A stretch of 44,989 nt of DNA. It comes from Verrucomicrobiota bacterium. GTDB taxonomy: Bacteria; Verrucomicrobiota; Verrucomicrobiia; Limisphaerales; CANJXF01. The notes below the pieces were generated by a model. It searched no databases, was not told where the DNA came from, and saw nothing but the letters and a program-made list of their open reading frames with translations. Positions 8,449-18,041 of the stretch are shown piece by piece. Both the position numbers and the translations under genes were made by a program. The stretch spans positions 1 through 44,989 of the forward strand of contig JBBQRQ010000037.1 of NCBI GenBank assembly GCA_038214755.1, written 5' to 3'. Every line of letters starts with the position of its first letter. Positions within the stretch are counted from its first letter, which is position 1.

Positions 8449-10701
8449 TTAAAATCCAAGTAGCTTCCCGCCTTGGTAGGTGATGAACGACAGCGTCCAG
8501 GCCAGCACGCCCATGTAAAGCCACTGGAAAATCGGCCACTTCCAGGAATTCGTTTCGCGTCGCACAATCGCCACGGTGCTGACGCATTGCAGGGCGAACA
8601 CGTAAAAAACCATCAGCGAAACGGCGACGAGCGGCGTGTAAATGCGCGAGCCATCAGGATGTTTTTCTTCCCGCAACGTTTGGGCGACGTTGCCAATTCC
8701 TTTGTCGCCTTTTTCATATTTCCCAACGTTATAAACCGTGGACATCGTGCTGACAAAAACTTCGCGCGCCGCAAATGATGCGATAATCCCGATACCCATT
8801 TTCCAATCAAAACCGAGCGGGGCGATGATCGGCTCGATAGCGCGGCCCATTTTTCCGGCGAAGCTGCGACGCAATTGTTCGCCCGCGATTTCATTCCCCA
8901 TCGGCTGGGTTGAATCGTCGAATCGTTGAATCGTTGAATGGCCTTGGCGCTCTGTCGATTCAACGCTTGAACGATTTAACCTTTTAACGTCTGTCTTCGG
9001 ATAACTCGCCAGAAACCAGAGGAGAATGTTGATGCCGAGAATCACCGTTCCCGCGCGGCGCAAAAATAATCCGCTGCGATCCCACATGTGGCGCAGAACA
9101 ACTTTCAACGTCGGTCGTTTGTAGGGCGGCAATTCCATGATGAGCATCGGCGTCGGACCTTTGAGCAAAGTTTTTTTAAAAAGCCACGCCATTAAAAGCG
9201 CGACGATGATTCCGAGCAGATACATCGAAAGCATCGTCAGGCCGGACAATTTGAAAATGCCTAAAACGGTTTTGTTGGGAATGCACGCGGCGATGAGCAG
9301 CGCGTACACCGGCAATCGCGCCGAACAACTCATCAGCGGCGCGACGAGAATGGTCACGAGCCGATCTTTACGCGACTCGATGGTGCGCGTCGCCATGATT
9401 CCCGGAATCGCGCAGGCAAATGAACTCAGCATTGGAATAAAACTTTTTCCATGCAGACCGACTTTGGTCATCAAGCGATCCATCAAAAATGCGGCGCGCG
9501 CCATGTAGCCGGTGTCTTCCAAAATGCTGATGAACAAAAAGAGCAGACAAATTTGCGGAAGAAAAACAACCACCGCGCCGACTCCGGCGATCACGCCATC
9601 AACAATCAAACTGTGCAGCGCGCCTTCGGGAATGAGATTGCCAGTGGTCTCGCCGATCCAGCTCACGGCGGCGGAAATCGCGTCCATCGGAATTTGCGCG
9701 AACGTGAAAATGCTTTGAAACATCAGCGCCATCAGCCCGACGAAAATCAGCAGTCCCCAGAATTTGTGAGTGAGAACGCGGTCGAGTTTGTCGGAAAACG
9801 TTTCGGTGACGAGATCGCGCTCGGTCGTGACAGCCATTTGGATTGCCGAAGCGCGGGCGTAACGGGCTTCGATGGCAATGGAGCGCCAGTCGATTCCAGC
9901 GGCTTCGATTCGTTTGCGCGCGGCGACAACCGGTTCTTCGACGTGCGGCGGATAATGTTCTTTGTTCGAGGCGAGAACTTTTTCGTCGCTCAAAATTAAA
10001 AGAGCTTCGGCGGTCGCTTGAGTCTTTCGCTCATGAAAAGTTTTCGCGAGCAGTTCAGCGATGGCTTCGGCTTCGGTGCCGAAGACGACGGGCAATTCGC
10101 AAAAGTGGCGCGGGATGGTGCGGCGATTTTCCGCGATGGCTGAAATAATTTTTTTGCGAAGATCGGGAACGCCTTGACCCGTGCTGGCGACAATGGGAAT
10201 CACCGGCACGCCGAGCGCGGCGGAAAGTTGTTCGGCGTCGATGTGATGTCCGTTGTTCTCGGCGACATCGATCATGTTCAGCGCGATGATCGTCGGATAG
10301 CCGAGTTCGATGACCTGCGTGGCGTAGTAAAGATTGCGCTGCAAATTGGACGCATCAATGACCACCACGGCAAGCGATGGCGCGGGAACATCGGGCAGAC
10401 GGTGAAATAAAATGTCGCGCGAAATTTGTTCGTCGAGCGAATGCGGCGAAAGGCTGTAAGTGCCGGGCAAATCGAGAATCGTGATTGGCGTTTCAGAATT
10501 TGCGCCGAGGAGTTTTCCTTCTTTCCGTTCGACGGTGACGCCAGCGTAATTACCAACTTTCGCGCGAAGGCCAGTCAGCGCGTTGAACAAAGTTGTTTTG
10601 CCGCAGTTGGGATTTCCGGTGAGCGCGACGAATGAATGCGGAACGCGGAGAGCGGAACGCGGAGTGGCTGGCGTGCTAATCGTTGTTTCGGAAATTTCCA
10701 T
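8449..10701 (-). CDS. feoB: Ferrous iron transport protein B
   Basis: GNPNCGKT, VGNYAGVTVE, DLPGTYSL, NMID G-motifs; LEDTGYMARAAF, PLMSCSARLP, MELPPY, AAREVFVST. Confidence 0.97.
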   Translation of the reverse strand: MEISETTISTPATPRSALRVPHSFVALTGNPNCGKTTLFNALTGLRAKVGNYAGVTVERKEGKLLGANSETPITILDLPGTYSLSPHSLDEQISRDILFHRLPDVPAPSLAVVVIDASNLQRNLYYATQVIELGYPTIIALNMIDVAENNGHHIDAEQLSAALGVPVIPIVASTGQGVPDLRKKIISAIAENRRTIPRHFCELPVVFGTEAEAIAELLAKTFHERKTQATAEALLILSDEKVLASNKEHYPPHVEEPVVAARKRIEAAGIDWRSIAIEARYARASAIQMAVTTERDLVTETFSDKLDRVLTHKFWGLLIFVGLMALMFQSIFTFAQIPMDAISAAVSWIGETTGNLIPEGALHSLIVDGVIAGVGAVVVFLPQICLLFLFISILEDTGYMARAAFLMDRLMTKVGLHGKSFIPMLSSFACAIPGIMATRTIESRKDRLVTILVAPLMSCSARLPVYALLIAACIPNKTVLGIFKLSGLTMLSMYLLGIIVALLMAWLFKKTLLKGPTPMLIMELPPYKRPTLKVVLRHMWDRSGLFLRRAGTVILGINILLWFLASYPKTDVKRLNRSSVESTERQGHSTIQRFDDSTQPMGNEIAGEQLRRSFAGKMGRAIEPIIAPLGFDWKMGIGIIASFAAREVFVSTMSTVYNVGKYEKGDKGIGNVAQTLREEKHPDGSRIYTPLVAVSLMVFYVFALQCVSTVAIVRRETNSWKWPIFQWLYMGVLAWTLSFITYQGGKLLGF
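8909..8989. repeat. Inverted octamer tandem repeats inside feoB
   Basis: (GTTGAATC)x~4 at 8909-8939 and degenerate (GATTCAAC)x~4 at 8957-8989. Confidence 0.7.
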
Positions 10702-10706
10702 TCTTC

Positions 10707-10773
10707 GTAGGAGCCGACGTAAGGAGGCTCTGAATAAATTTTGAAATCAGAGCTTCCTCACGTCAGCTCCTAC
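10707..10773. repeat. REPIN, GTAGGAGCCGACGT family, between feoA and feoB
   Basis: GTAGGAGCCGACGTAAGGAGGCTCTGA / TCAGAGCTTCCTCACGTCAGCTCCTAC. Confidence 0.85.
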
Positions 10774-11010
10774 AATTGATTTTACAAAAATCTGTTCCGC
10801 CTCGTGTCTGCGCAACGTGAGATTGTAGCCGCGCACTTTGATTTCCACCGGATCACCCAGCGGCGCGAAGCGGACGAGTTGCACCGGTGTGCCGACGAGC
10901 AATCCCATTTCGAGAAGACGAGCGCGGTCGGTCGGCGGGATTTTAATTTCGGTAACGACAGCGGCGCTGCCGACCTGCAATGAGGTCAGTGGTTGGCTCG
11001 GTTCGGACAT
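10747..11010 (-). CDS. feoA: Ferrous iron transport protein A (second copy)
   Basis: RLLEMGL..G..V...RFAPLGDPVEIKVRGYNLTLRRHEA; start ATG 11010. Confidence 0.95.
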   Translation of the reverse strand: MSEPSQPLTSLQVGSAAVVTEIKIPPTDRARLLEMGLLVGTPVQLVRFAPLGDPVEIKVRGYNLTLRRHEAEQIFVKSIVGADVRKL

Positions 11011-11011
11011 A

Positions 11012-11305
11012 TCAGGCGGCTTGTTGGCCGGACAACGGCTCAACCAGAATTTTCTCCGCCAACTTGCTGCTGATGCCGAGACGCGCGTGGCAAACCTGGC
11101 AAATGATATTGGTGTGGCGGCTGATGAGGCGGATTTTTTGGTCTTCGCAAAAACCCATTTCGCGCAGGCGGCTGGTGATTTCGGGCGAAGCAGAAACTTG
11201 TTTGATGCGAACGGAAACGCCAGCCCGCACATCGCTCAATGGATAAAGAAAAGGCGGCTGCGAAATATTCAGCGGCGTTTTCATTTCGTGGACTGGCTCG
11301 TTCAC
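11012..11305 (-). CDS. feoA: FeoA family protein (first copy)
   Basis: PLSDV..G, RLREMGF, VCHARLGIS..LAEKILV; start could be GTG 11305 or ATG 11284. Confidence 0.85.
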   Translation of the reverse strand: MNEPVHEMKTPLNISQPPFLYPLSDVRAGVSVRIKQVSASPEITSRLREMGFCEDQKIRLISRHTNIICQVCHARLGISSKLAEKILVEPLSGQQAA

Positions 11306-11314
11306 AATGAAGCG

Positions 11315-11345
11315 AAGTTAGGTCAATTGAGACTGGGTTGCAAGA
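11315..11345 (-). promoter_or_regulatory. Candidate sigma70 promoter of the feo operon with overlapping Fur-like operator
   Basis: Minus strand TTGCAA-N17-TAACTT; imperfect dyad ATTGAGACTGGGTTGCAAG (11327-11345) overlaps the -35. Confidence 0.45.
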
Positions 11346-11371
11346 AGGGATTCGCCGTCCTTGCAGCCAGA

Positions 11372-11584
11372 GGGGTGTGATGCAAACTAGCGGTCAGTTG
11401 GTCAGTTGTAGCGCAGGATTGCATCCTGCCGTATCGCAGGTTTTCAACCTGCGAGATGCCGCCAGAACGGGAGACTTTCGAAAACTAAAGACTTTCTCTA
11501 TTGGCGACGTTCAGCCGGTTTCAAACCGGCGATACAGCAGGATGCAATCCTGCGCTACGTGACCCCACTTGAACTTACACCCCC
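11372..11584. mobile_element. Degenerate MITE-like shell containing a REPIN (11408-11558)
   Basis: Ends GGGGTGTGATGCAAACTAGCGGTCA / TGACCCCACTTGAACTTACACCCC, flanked by GCCAGA on both sides; core GTAGCGCAGGATTGCATCCTGC...GCAGGATGCAATCCTGCGCTAC. Confidence 0.65.
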
Positions 11585-11696
11585 GCCAGAGTCTCTATTT
11601 GACGAACGGCTCGACTTCAATCCACATTCGCGCTGCAAATGACTTTATCGGTTAATCGCTGGCAACTGGCCCCGCCTGAACTTTCAGGAATTCTTC

Positions 11697-13523
11697 ATGG
11701 ATAGCGTTGGAGTCCATCGTCCGCGCAATCTTGATTGGAAACGCGCCGCCGCGTTGCTCTACGGCGACTGGGGCACAAGCAAGGCCTACGTTATCGGTTT
11801 TGCTTTTAGCGCGAGCTTCGCAATCGGGAGTTATGCCGCGCTTCCCATCATTGTCGCGGTCTGCGCGTTGACCGGCTTGGTCGCCTACAATTACGTTATC
11901 GTCTGCAAACATTTTCCCGATGGCGGTGGCGTTTATTCAGCAGCGCGCGAACAAAGCCGGTTCCTTGCCGTGATGGGTGCGTTATTGCTCGTGGCCAACT
12001 TTACGGTCACGGCGGCGATGAGCGGCTGGGCGGCGATGCAATATTTTCGCGTCCCGCCGGCGTGGATTCCGCTAGCGACTATCGCCACCATCGTCGGAGT
12101 CGTTCTTCTTAATTTTTTTGGCCCGAAGCATAGCGGAAGCATTGCGATGTCACTCGCCGTTCCGATGGCCTTTGTGGTGGTGCTGATTGTGGCGTGGAGT
12201 ATCCCGCACCTTTCCTTCAAAAACCTCACCCCGCCTGCCGGGGGTTTCGGACGAAGCTGGCTCGCGTTCACCGGAATGATTTTGGCGCTGAGCGGAGTTG
12301 AAGCCATCGCAAACCTAACGGGAGTGATGAAGCTCAATCCGGGCACCAGCATGGAAAAGCCGCACGTTTCCAGGACGGCGCGGAAAGCAATTTGGCCGGT
12401 GGCGATAGAAGTCATCATCGGCACGTCGCTCCTGGGTTGGGCGATGCTTTCGCTGCCGAAAAGGGCTGAACCCATTTTGAGGGAGCGATGGGAAGATATG
12501 CTGAGCGTGTTGGGCGAACTCTATGGAACCGCCGCCTTCGGTCCGAACTTCGGCAAAATTTTCGGCGTGGTTGTTGGAATCGTCGTGGGTTTGTTGCTCT
12601 TGAGCGCGGTCAACACTGCCATTGGCGCGCTGATTGGTTTGCTTTACATGCTGGCGCGCGATGGAGAGATGCCGAAAAAATTCACCCGGTTGAATAAATA
12701 CGGTGTCCCGTGGCTTCCATTGCTCACGGCGGCCGTTCTTCCGGTCATTGTAATATTATTCTCCCGGAGTCTCGAATCGCTGATGGGGTTGTACGCCATC
12801 GGCGTCATCGGCGCGATTACGGTTAATCTCGGTTCCTGTTCGTTTAACAAAAGCTTGAAGCTGGTCTGGTACGAACGTGGAATTATGACCCTCACGTTCG
12901 TGATTCTGTTTTGTGTTGAATTGACGATTGCAAAAACAAAACAGGACGCGCTCTTTTTCGCCTGTTGCGTTTTGATTTTGGGATTTGGTCTGCGCGGTTA
13001 CGCACAGAAGCGCGCCGGTCTGCGCACGTTGACTGTTAGCCAGGAAGTCGCCGCCCATGTTTCGCCGGGCCCAAATCCCACCCTCAAACTGAACCTCGCT
13101 CCCGGTCAATCCATTTTGGTCGCGGCCCGTGGAATTACACCCGTATTGAAGTTCGCCATGGAAGAAGCGCGTTTGCGGCAAGGCAGACTTTACGTTCTCT
13201 ATGTCAAGGAACTCGCCGTCAACCTGCCCGGTCCACTGGAAACGACGGAAAGACCGCGCTGGCAGGAAGACGCCAAGGCAGCGGAAATTATGTACGCGAT
13301 GCTTGAACTCGGAGCGCAAAACGACGTGCCTGTGCTTCCGCTCTACGTCATCAGCGAAAGTCCCGCTAACACGATTCTCGATCTGGCGGCGACGATTGGA
13401 ATCGATATTCTCGCGCTCGGTTCGACCCACCGGACCAAATTGGTTTCGCTACTCAAGGGCGATGTCGTTACTGAAGTCGCAAAAAGTTTGCCGGAAAATA
13501 TCGACCTCATTATTTACGGTTAG
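11697..13523 (+). CDS. APC-family permease fused to a C-terminal universal stress protein domain
   Basis: About 12 hydrophobic segments, GGGVY and LSGVEAIAN motifs; C-terminal ILVA..., PANTILDLA, GDVVTEVAK USP pattern. Confidence 0.85.
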   Translation: MDSVGVHRPRNLDWKRAAALLYGDWGTSKAYVIGFAFSASFAIGSYAALPIIVAVCALTGLVAYNYVIVCKHFPDGGGVYSAAREQSRFLAVMGALLLVANFTVTAAMSGWAAMQYFRVPPAWIPLATIATIVGVVLLNFFGPKHSGSIAMSLAVPMAFVVVLIVAWSIPHLSFKNLTPPAGGFGRSWLAFTGMILALSGVEAIANLTGVMKLNPGTSMEKPHVSRTARKAIWPVAIEVIIGTSLLGWAMLSLPKRAEPILRERWEDMLSVLGELYGTAAFGPNFGKIFGVVVGIVVGLLLLSAVNTAIGALIGLLYMLARDGEMPKKFTRLNKYGVPWLPLLTAAVLPVIVILFSRSLESLMGLYAIGVIGAITVNLGSCSFNKSLKLVWYERGIMTLTFVILFCVELTIAKTKQDALFFACCVLILGFGLRGYAQKRAGLRTLTVSQEVAAHVSPGPNPTLKLNLAPGQSILVAARGITPVLKFAMEEARLRQGRLYVLYVKELAVNLPGPLETTERPRWQEDAKAAEIMYAMLELGAQNDVPVLPLYVISESPANTILDLAATIGIDILALGSTHRTKLVSLLKGDVVTEVAKSLPENIDLIIYG

Positions 13524-13578
13524 ATCAGGCGCAGTGCAGCCATCCTTTTGTGATTACCCAATCTCAGGATGTCCTTCT

Positions 13579-13804
13579 TCAATCCTGAAAGGATTGTGTC
13601 ACTCAGCCCAGGGCTGCGAGGCACGAGCTACCCTGGGTTGACGGTAAAGAATTCTTTCAACCCCAACGGGGGTGCATCTCATTGCGAGTTTAAAATTTGT
13701 CGGTGGCTGCAACCCCTTCAGGGTTGATCCTGTGGTTGTAGTTCACCCAAGGTAGCTCGTGCCTCGCATCCCTGGGCTGAACGATGCAATCGCTTTGGGA
13801 TGGA
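13579..13804. repeat. Long imperfect inverted-repeat element (CAATCCTGAAAGGATTG type)
   Basis: CAGCCCAGGGCTGCGAGGCACGAGCTACCCTGGGT..TCAACCCC mirrored by GGGTTGA..ACCCAAGGTAGCTCGTGCCTCGCATCCCTGGGCTG. Confidence 0.8.
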
Positions 13805-13851
13805 AAAGCCGCCAGGAAATAATTTCCAACGTGAGTTGCCCAAAACCAAAT

Positions 13852-13875
13852 GGAGCGCGGACAGCCATGTCCGCG
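13852..13875 (+). repeat. Solo REP identical to the RAYT-flanking REP
   Basis: GGAGCGCGGACAGCCATGTCCGCG identical to 22194-22217. Confidence 0.9.
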
Positions 13876-13974
13876 CGTTCCGAAACAGACAAAGGCCCAG
13901 GCGCTTCGCTCCTCCCGATTCACGCGCACTAGATTGGTTGCCAAAACAAGTTTCCGGAACCGCGGTCTGCGGAC

Positions 13975-14047
13975 GGAACGCCGAACTCCGGTTCGGCTCG
14001 TGACCGTCGAGCGTTCGGCGGGGTGCCGATTCGGAAATCGGCGCTCT
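13975..14047. repeat. REPIN, GGARCGCCGA family
   Basis: GGAACGCCGAACTCCGGTTCGGC / GTGCCGATTCGGAAATCGGCGCTC; sister copy at 27088-27158. Confidence 0.8.
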
Positions 14048-14163
14048 CTTCCATTTGAGCAACACCCTTCTTTCTCGTTGGCCTTGCACTGGTAAAAAAA
14101 AACCAACCTGATGAAAATTCCGCAGAAACTTTTTTCCTGAAAAAAAATTTCACAGAATTTTAG

Positions 14164-14601
<438 letters not shown>

Positions 14602-14629
14602 TTTTTCATTTCCACAAAAAAAACCAACC

Positions 14630-16099
14630 ATGAAAAAAATTTTATTTCTCCTGGGAATCACTGCCTTGTTCGCTGCATCCACTCTAAACGCGCAAACCAA
14701 TGCGCCCGCGCCCGCAGCCAAAGCTCCCACCACCGAAGATCGCCTTACTGACCTCGAAGCCTATATCAACAACGGCGCGCGCCAGACCAATGCGCCCACC
14801 GCTCTCGCCACGTCTTCGGGGCCTGGCCACAACGCCTGGATGATGACCAGTTCCGCGCTCGTTCTCTTCATGACATTGCCTGGTCTCGCCTTATTTTACG
14901 GCGGTTTGGTGCGGCGAAAAAATGTCCTCTCCGTTCTCGCGCAATGTTTGGGCATCACCGGAGTCGTGACGATTCTTTGGTTCATTTGCGGCTACAGTTT
15001 GGTTTTCGCGGGCGGCCATCCTTGGATCGGCAGCTTCAAATTCGCGTTTCTCAGTGGAGTCGATTCCGCGCCGAACACCGACTACTCGGCCTGGGTTTCA
15101 CACAATGTTTTTTCCATGTATCAAATGATGTTCGCCATCATCACTCCCGCGTTGATTATCGGTGCAATTGCTGAACGCATGAAATTTACGGCGATTATTG
15201 TTTTCGTGATTCTCTGGATGTTCGTCGTTTATTTTCCGCTCGCCCACATGGTCTGGGGTGTCGATGGTTTGATGAATGGCGTTTGGAATGGCGACGCGAA
15301 AATCAAAGCCATCGACTTCGCCGGCGGAACGGTCGTTCACATGTCATCCGGTTGGTCCGCGCTCATTCTCTGCATGATGCTCGGCAAGCGACTTGGCTTT
15401 CCGAAAGAACCGATGCAGCCGCACAGCATGGTGCTTTGTATGGTCGGCACTGGAATGCTCTGGGTCGGTTGGTACGGATTCAACGCGGGCAGCGCGGTGG
15501 CCGCGGACGGTATCGCCGCGAATGCATTTATGACGACAACGTTGGCGACAGCGGTTGCGTCCTTCGTCTGGCCGTTGTTGGAATATTTTTCTCGCGGCAA
15601 AGCGAGCATCCTCGGTTTCTGTTCCGGCGCAGTGGCGGGCTTGGTTGTCATCACCCCTGCCACTGGTTTCGTCGATGCGAAAGGCGCGGTCATCATCGGC
15701 GTCCTGGCTGGAGCAATTCCATATTTCGCAGTGACAAAATTGAAAGGTTTGATCGGTTACGACGACGCGTTGGACACGTTCGGTGTTCACGCCGTCGGCG
15801 GAACTTTGGGCGCATTCATGACGGGCGTTCTCGCGACCGGAAAAGTAAATGCGAATTTGACCGACGCTAATTCCTACGCCAAAACAAATGGTCTCGATAA
15901 AATTGTGGCGGGCCATCACCTGTGGATTGAGCAATTGAAAGCGATTGGAGTCACCATTGCGTTGGCGGTGATCGGCACATTTGTGATCGGTCTCATTGTC
16001 AAAGCAGTCATGGGTCTGCGCGTCAGCGAAGATGTTGAAACCATCGGCCTCGATCTCTCCGAGCACGGCGAGGAAGGTTATCACGGCGAAGCGCATTAA
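14630..16099 (+). CDS. amtB: Ammonium transporter
   Basis: Signal peptide, PGLALFYGG, DFAGGTVVH, WYGFNAGS, DDALDTFGVH, GLDLSEHGE. Confidence 0.97.
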   Translation: MKKILFLLGITALFAASTLNAQTNAPAPAAKAPTTEDRLTDLEAYINNGARQTNAPTALATSSGPGHNAWMMTSSALVLFMTLPGLALFYGGLVRRKNVLSVLAQCLGITGVVTILWFICGYSLVFAGGHPWIGSFKFAFLSGVDSAPNTDYSAWVSHNVFSMYQMMFAIITPALIIGAIAERMKFTAIIVFVILWMFVVYFPLAHMVWGVDGLMNGVWNGDAKIKAIDFAGGTVVHMSSGWSALILCMMLGKRLGFPKEPMQPHSMVLCMVGTGMLWVGWYGFNAGSAVAADGIAANAFMTTTLATAVASFVWPLLEYFSRGKASILGFCSGAVAGLVVITPATGFVDAKGAVIIGVLAGAIPYFAVTKLKGLIGYDDALDTFGVHAVGGTLGAFMTGVLATGKVNANLTDANSYAKTNGLDKIVAGHHLWIEQLKAIGVTIALAVIGTFVIGLIVKAVMGLRVSEDVETIGLDLSEHGEEGYHGEAH

Positions 16100-16185
16100 A
16101 CTGCTTGCGACTTTTGGCGCGGTGTCAATAATCCGCTCTCGCGAATTGGCACCGCGTTCGATTTAACAACAACAAAAAAATAACT

Positions 16186-17637
16186 ATGGCAAAAAAAGAA
16201 ACCAAGACTCCCACGGCTCCGACCGGACCCACTCCTAAAAGCGTCATCGACAACGCGCGAAAAGCGGGCGCGAAAATGGTTGACGTGAAATTCGTGGACA
16301 CCTTCGGCACCTGGCAACATTTCAGTGTGCCGCTGGGCGAATTGACCGAGGAAATTTTTGAAGACGGTTTTGGTTTCGACGGTTCCTCCATCCGTGGTTG
16401 GAAATCCATCGAAGCCTCCGACATGTTGGCGATGCCCGATCCGTCCACCGCGTTCATCGATCCATTTTGCGCAGTGCCGACGCTCTCGCTCACATGCACC
16501 ATTGCCGAAACGGGAACCAAGGAGGCTTACAATCGCGATCCGCGGGGCATTGCTCAACGCGGCGAAAAATATCTCAAGAGCACAGGACTGGCGGACACCG
16601 CAGTATTCGGTCCCGAAGCGGAATTCTTTATTTTCGACAACGTTCAATTTGATTCCAAAGCCAACGGAACTTTTTATTCCGTCGATTCGGAAGAAGCGGT
16701 TTGGAATACCGGTCGGGATGAGATGCCAAATCTCGGTTACAAAATCCGGCACAAAGAAGGTTACTTTCCCGTCGCGCCGGTGGACACCCAGCAAGACATC
16801 CGCACCGAGATGTGTTTGATCATGGAGCAACTCGGCATTGTCGTCGAACGCCAACATCACGAAGTTGCGACGGCGGGTCAGGCGGAAATTGATTTTCGTT
16901 TCGACACGTTGGTCAGGACCGCCGACGCGATGATGCTTTACAAATACATCATCAAAAATGTCGCGCGCAAACATGGCAAGACCGTGACTTTCATGCCCAA
17001 GCCGCTCTTCGGCGACAACGGTTCAGGAATGCACACGCATCAAAGTTTGTGGAACAAAGGCAAGCCACTTTTTGCAGGAAGCGAATATGCGGGCTTGAGC
17101 AAGATGGCGCTTTATTACATCGGCGGAATTTTGAAGCACGCAAAAGCGCTCGCCGCCATTTGCAATCCGACGACGAACTCCTACAAACGATTGGTGCCCG
17201 GATACGAAGCGCCGGTGAATCTCGCTTACTCCGCGCGCAATCGCTCGGCTGCGATTCGCATTCCGACTTTCAGCGAATCGCCGAAAGCCAAACGCATTGA
17301 ATATCGTCCGCCCGACCCAGCGGCCAATCCATATTTGTGTTACACCGCATTGTTGATGGCGGGACTCGACGGCGTGCTCAATAAAATCGATCCCGGCGAA
17401 CCGATGGACAAAAATCTTTATGAACTCCCGCCCGAAGAACACGCCAAGATTCCGCAAATGCCCGGCAGCCTGGACGAAGCGTTAAATCACTTGGAAAAAG
17501 ACAACGCCTTCCTCTTGAAAGGCGACGTCTTCACCGATGACTTTTTGGAAATGTGGATTATGCACAAGCGCAAGGAATCCGATGCCATTCGTCTTCGCCC
17601 GCATCCCTACGAATTTTTTCTTTACTACGACGTTTAG
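16186..17637 (+). CDS. glnA: Glutamine synthetase type I
   Basis: [54 protein letters not shown] adenylylation site. Confidence 0.98.
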   Translation: MAKKETKTPTAPTGPTPKSVIDNARKAGAKMVDVKFVDTFGTWQHFSVPLGELTEEIFEDGFGFDGSSIRGWKSIEASDMLAMPDPSTAFIDPFCAVPTLSLTCTIAETGTKEAYNRDPRGIAQRGEKYLKSTGLADTAVFGPEAEFFIFDNVQFDSKANGTFYSVDSEEAVWNTGRDEMPNLGYKIRHKEGYFPVAPVDTQQDIRTEMCLIMEQLGIVVERQHHEVATAGQAEIDFRFDTLVRTADAMMLYKYIIKNVARKHGKTVTFMPKPLFGDNGSGMHTHQSLWNKGKPLFAGSEYAGLSKMALYYIGGILKHAKALAAICNPTTNSYKRLVPGYEAPVNLAYSARNRSAAIRIPTFSESPKAKRIEYRPPDPAANPYLCYTALLMAGLDGVLNKIDPGEPMDKNLYELPPEEHAKIPQMPGSLDEALNHLEKDNAFLLKGDVFTDDFLEMWIMHKRKESDAIRLRPHPYEFFLYYDV

Positions 17638-17681
17638 AAAAAATGTGGCCGCGCGTTTGTGACCGGCGGAAAATTTGCCGG

Positions 17682-17824
17682 GTAGCATCTGCCTCCGGCG
17701 GGTGCGAAGACGTTTTCCGAAACGCCGATCTCCCAATCGGTCGTTGGCATAAGTATCAATCCGTGCCGATCCGGAGATCGGCGCTCCGGGAGGTCTTTTC
17801 GCACCCGCCGGAGGCAGATGCTAC
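17682..17824. repeat. Nested REPIN: GTAGCATCTGCCTCC outer pair around a GCCGATC inner pair
   Basis: GTAGCATCTGCCTCCGGCGGGTGCGAA / TTCGCACCCGCCGGAGGCAGATGCTAC; inner AACGCCGATCTCC / GGAGATCGGCGCTCC. Confidence 0.85.
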
Positions 17825-17935
17825 CCCGAAAGCGGCGCGGAGCGATCCGTGCCGTTTTATTTGGGCAACTCCCGCCAGGAATTTGGGATAGCAATCCACC
17901 TCCATTCGCGTTAAAAATTTAACGCAATCACAAAT

Positions 17936-18024
17936 GTAGCGGCGTGTCTGTGACCGCCGCTGAAATGAAATTCCGTCATCATCGCTGAAATTTAAATTTG
18001 CGGCGGTCACAGACACGCCGCTAC
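17936..18024. repeat. REPIN, GTAGCGGCG family
   Basis: Perfect inverted arms GTAGCGGCGTGTCTGTGACCGCCGC; degenerate solo copy at ~17645-17669. Confidence 0.9.
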
Positions 18025-18041
18025 AGATTGAGGAAAAATTT

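Noticed and set aside
13690..14153. Short ORFs in repeat-filled spacers (also 26802-27325, 44307-44646)
   Set aside because: They are translations of palindromic repeats, open on several frames, with no protein-like features
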